The notes under the pieces are model-generated. The model was not told the DNA's origin. It worked only from the letters and a program-made list of their open reading frames with translations, and did not search any database. A stretch of 64,000 nt of DNA from Setoptus koraiensis (taxonomy: Eukaryota > Animalia > Arthropoda), in assembly GCA_048013815.1 (NCBI GenBank), contig CM106585.1, forward strand, positions 20,956,001-21,020,000. The letters are read 5' to 3'. Shown here in pieces: positions 61,301 through 64,000 of this stretch. The translations under genes were made by a program, and so were the position numbers. The stretch's first letter is position 1. Each line of letters begins with the position of its first letter.

Positions 61301-64000
61301 GACAGGCATTCTGGTGTTGCGAAATAAGTTCAAGGTGGCCCACTACCTCTGGTAACTATCTATCCAACTTGGATAATCCGATACATTATCCAATGCATTA
61401 TCCAATGCATTACCCAATGTATTACGAGTCATGACAAGTATCAACTTGCTGACTACGAGGAACGGTTTATCATTTATTAATTATCATCTATTAATCATCA
61501 TCTATTAATCATCATCTATCATTTATCTCCAACCGATTGCTCTGTGTATGGTCAATATTATGTCAACATGATTAATTAGGCCTCGCATAGTCAAGGGCAA
61601 GTGCCAGGGACGGTGCTTCCTGTTGGATGTTGTGGACAAAAACAACGAAAAGAACCGCTACGGATTCCGTTTGGCCAACAAGGACGACTCGCGACAGCTC
61701 AAGGAATCTGTTTGCTTGCACAAGGAATTCTTTCAATTGACACACAGCCCCAACAGTTTGAGCCATTCGGGCGCCAACCAGGCCAGTCAACGATTGTCCG
61801 AACGTTTCCGTAACAGCATTAGAAGCGCCATAAATATTGGCTCTCACCATCATCACCAGCAGCAACTAGCGGGCTCGTCTGGATCGTTGAGCTCGAAAAA
61901 GAGCGCAAAATTACGCTCGTCCAGTAAATCACAACAATTGCATTACATGCAACAGCAGCACCAAGCTAGTCAGCGTTCGTTGGGTTCACACTCTGTGCAT
62001 AATGGATCTATTGTTGGCCTAAACACTGATTACAATACAAGGCAACAGCCCACTGTTGTTAGAATGCCCAGTCGTCGTTATAGCAACCGAGATATAAGCA
62101 GAAGCAATGGCAATTTGATGATAGCAACAACCAAAACAAACCAAACTCAGGCAAACAATATGCAACCAACATCGGCCATGGCGATGGCCTACAATATGAA
62201 CATTGGCAAATCGCAAACTCTTAAAGCGACACCTACTCAAAAGATGACACACACAACAAACAACCACAAGGGCCACTACAATCATTATAATCAAACGGAA
62301 ATGGCCTCGCTGGGACTATTGACGCATTCGCACAATAACGGCACAACAACCAGCAACGTAGCTATTGTGCCGCCGGGCAGGCATATTGTTCAGCCTAGCA
62401 TATATAAGGCCTCGTCTATTGTTAACGGTATGCATACTATAGGCGCCACTACAACCACTAATCACACAAACGACTTAATGATGCAACAATTCACTAGGTC
62501 CTCTAGGCACAATTCTAGCAGTGTCAATCCGTCACCGCGCAGTGTTCGTAGTCAGCGATTGTCTCATCAACAGCAAGCGCGTCACTCGCAATCAAATCAC
62601 GACAGTCTTCATTTTGTATCGTCTGCATCGGCCGGCCACGGGCCCGCCGGCTCAATGGCCGCCCCAGGCCTACCAACGCAAGCAATTTATCCTGTTGCAA
62701 GCAACACTCAACTTGTGGGTCCGTTGTATCCGGCAAACAAATTAATTGGGGCCCCGATTGTTGCCAAGACAAACCAAAAACATCACAACAACAAGCAGCA
62801 GCAGCAACAAATGCAAAACGACACTCTAATCAATGTAAATAATAACGACACTCACCATTCTAATCAAACGGCCACCATGACGGCCTACATGCCGCCTCCG
62901 CCGCCTGCCTACAGTGGACCGCGACCTCAGCAATTGCAACAGCAACGGCACCTATTCTCTGACAGTGAAAGCGAATTGAGCAAGAGCAACTCGAAGCTGT
63001 CAGAAATGAGACACAACAACAACATGATGATGTCGTCGCAATCGTATCATCATCATCAGCAGCAGCAGCAACAGCAGCAGCATCATGGCAATCATTTAGA
63101 CAATAGGCGCGATCGCAACAATAACAGTACTCGACATAACGAGCCGGCAACGCTAATCATACAAAACAACGACCCGTATCAATCACAGTCTAGATCATCT
63201 AGGACACATTCGGCATCCACAAGATACCTCAACAACAGCACTAACGATGTACAAGCAACAGACAGAATGAGGGGTCCCAACGATAATCGCCATCAAAGGA
63301 AACGCAATCATTCTAAGAGCAGCAGACATCGTAGCAACTATGACGACGACAATGAGGCCATTTTAAATAGCAACGACGATGATGACGACGACGACGATCC
63401 AAGTGGCGAAGACGAGACACTAACATACAATGGCAAGCCAGTCACCAACAGCAAGCGTGCTGATCGGGTCCATCATGATAGTTATGACAGTGATACTTAT
63501 TACAGTGACGATTGTGGCGCATCTAGCGACGATGATCAATCTTATAGATCGGGTTGCTCGTCGACAAATGACCTAATGAACAGCAGTCGTAAGTCGTCTC
63601 ATTCCAATAGACAAACTAAGAGTGGCAACAACAGGAAGAGCAGATGCCATTCGTCGTCGCACAAACAATCACATCATAGGAATAGCAGCGAAAATCATCA
63701 TGGCAAATCAAGTCACCATTCCAGAAACGGTGATTCATATAGCAATAGACACAGGGATTCGCATCACAGAGATCGGTCATCAATGAAAAATCAACAACAA
63801 CAACAGGTATCTAATTTGAATAATGCGACATCGGCTGTTCAGAGCAACGCAACAAGTGGTGGACAGATTAGCAGTTTTGTCGGTGGCGGAAACCAGGAGA
63901 AGCTAAACGGCATTACAAGCGGCATTTCGTCGTCATCGCAACAACACAGTAATCAGCTACAATCGGTGGATTCTCAATGGAAGGCCATACAAGAGAGACA
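36235..64000 (+). CDS. EPB41L4A: Band 4.1-like protein 4A (EPB41L4A/NBL4-type FERM protein), 3'-partial; join(36235..36327,58305..58409,58602..58644,60434..60512,60723..60820,61051..61351,61580..>64000)
   Basis: Spliced translation [31 protein letters not shown]|[35 protein letters not shown]|[14 protein letters not shown]|[26 protein letters not shown]|[21 protein letters not shown]|[33 protein letters not shown]|WPRI. YFGxKFYAxDPCKLxEEITRYQFFLQxKQDxLQ is characteristic of the EPB41L4A subfamily. All six junctions are GT-AG and phase-consistent. Confidence 0.9.
44794..44867 (+). repeat. 13-bp tandem repeat x6 (CAGTCGA(C/T)GC(C/T)AA)
   Basis: Direct reading. Confidence 0.92.
58305..58409 (+). 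CDS. EPB41L4A: EPB41L4A exon 2 (FERM F1)
   Basis: TTTTAG| acceptor, [19 protein letters not shown], donor GTAAGT at 58410. Confidence 0.9.
58602..58644 (+). CDS. EPB41L4A: EPB41L4A exon 3 (FERM F1, WLD motif)
   Basis: AATCAG| acceptor, [14 protein letters not shown], donor GTAAGC at 58645, phase 1. Confidence 0.85.
60434..60512 (+). CDS. EPB41L4A: EPB41L4A exon 4
   Basis: TCCAG| acceptor, [20 protein letters not shown], donor GTTTGT at 60513, phase 2. Confidence 0.9.
60723..60820 (+). CDS. EPB41L4A: EPB41L4A exon 5 (FERM F2)
   Basis: [18 protein letters not shown], donor GTAAGT at 60821, phase 1. Confidence 0.9.
61051..61351 (+). CDS. EPB41L4A: EPB41L4A exon 6 (FERM F2/F3)
   Basis: TTTTAG| acceptor, [18 protein letters not shown], donor GTAACT at 61352, phase 2. 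Confidence 0.92.
61580..64000 (+). CDS. EPB41L4A: EPB41L4A exon 7 (FERM F3, FERM-adjacent region, long N/Q/S/H-rich tail), open to the window end
   Basis: TTAG|G completes WPRI; I read about 807 codons without a stop (absent from the ORF track because no stop lies in the window). Contains [25 protein letters not shown] and DSQWKAIQ. Confidence 0.87.

Overview
This is eukaryotic, intron-containing DNA. It is arthropod-like and probably from a mite, an inference from the gene content and the pervasive CAA/AAC-type repeats. Most ORFs in the supplied track look like spurious products of microsatellites. Two spliced + strand genes can be rebuilt with phase-consistent GT-AG junctions. The first is the 3' part of a 5-HT1-type serotonin GPCR, join(1105..1409,15236..15470,15799..18167), with a 13.8-kb intron, a third intracellular loop of about 670 aa and a C-tail of about 127 aa. 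The second is a band 4.1-like 4A (EPB41L4A/NBL4-type) FERM gene, join(36235..36327,58305..58409,58602..58644,60434..60512,60723..60820,61051..61351,61580..>64000), with a 22-kb first coding intron. Between them lie a candidate single-exon 74-aa secreted coiled-coil peptide gene (- strand, 19698..19922, with TATA box and AATAAA) and a transposon island of about 10.5 kb (about 20.6-31.1 kb, including a 500-N gap). The island is dominated by nested non-autonomous Helentron/HINE (DINE-1-like) termini. It also holds two foldback modules, a Copia RT/RNase H relic and a tandemly duplicated, intron-containing RGG/coiled-coil/Q-rich gene fragment. The big introns are rich in short tandem repeats and near-perfect palindromes or hairpins. 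I found no rRNA, tRNA or CRISPR array. All homology calls come from motif recognition by eye; no search was run.
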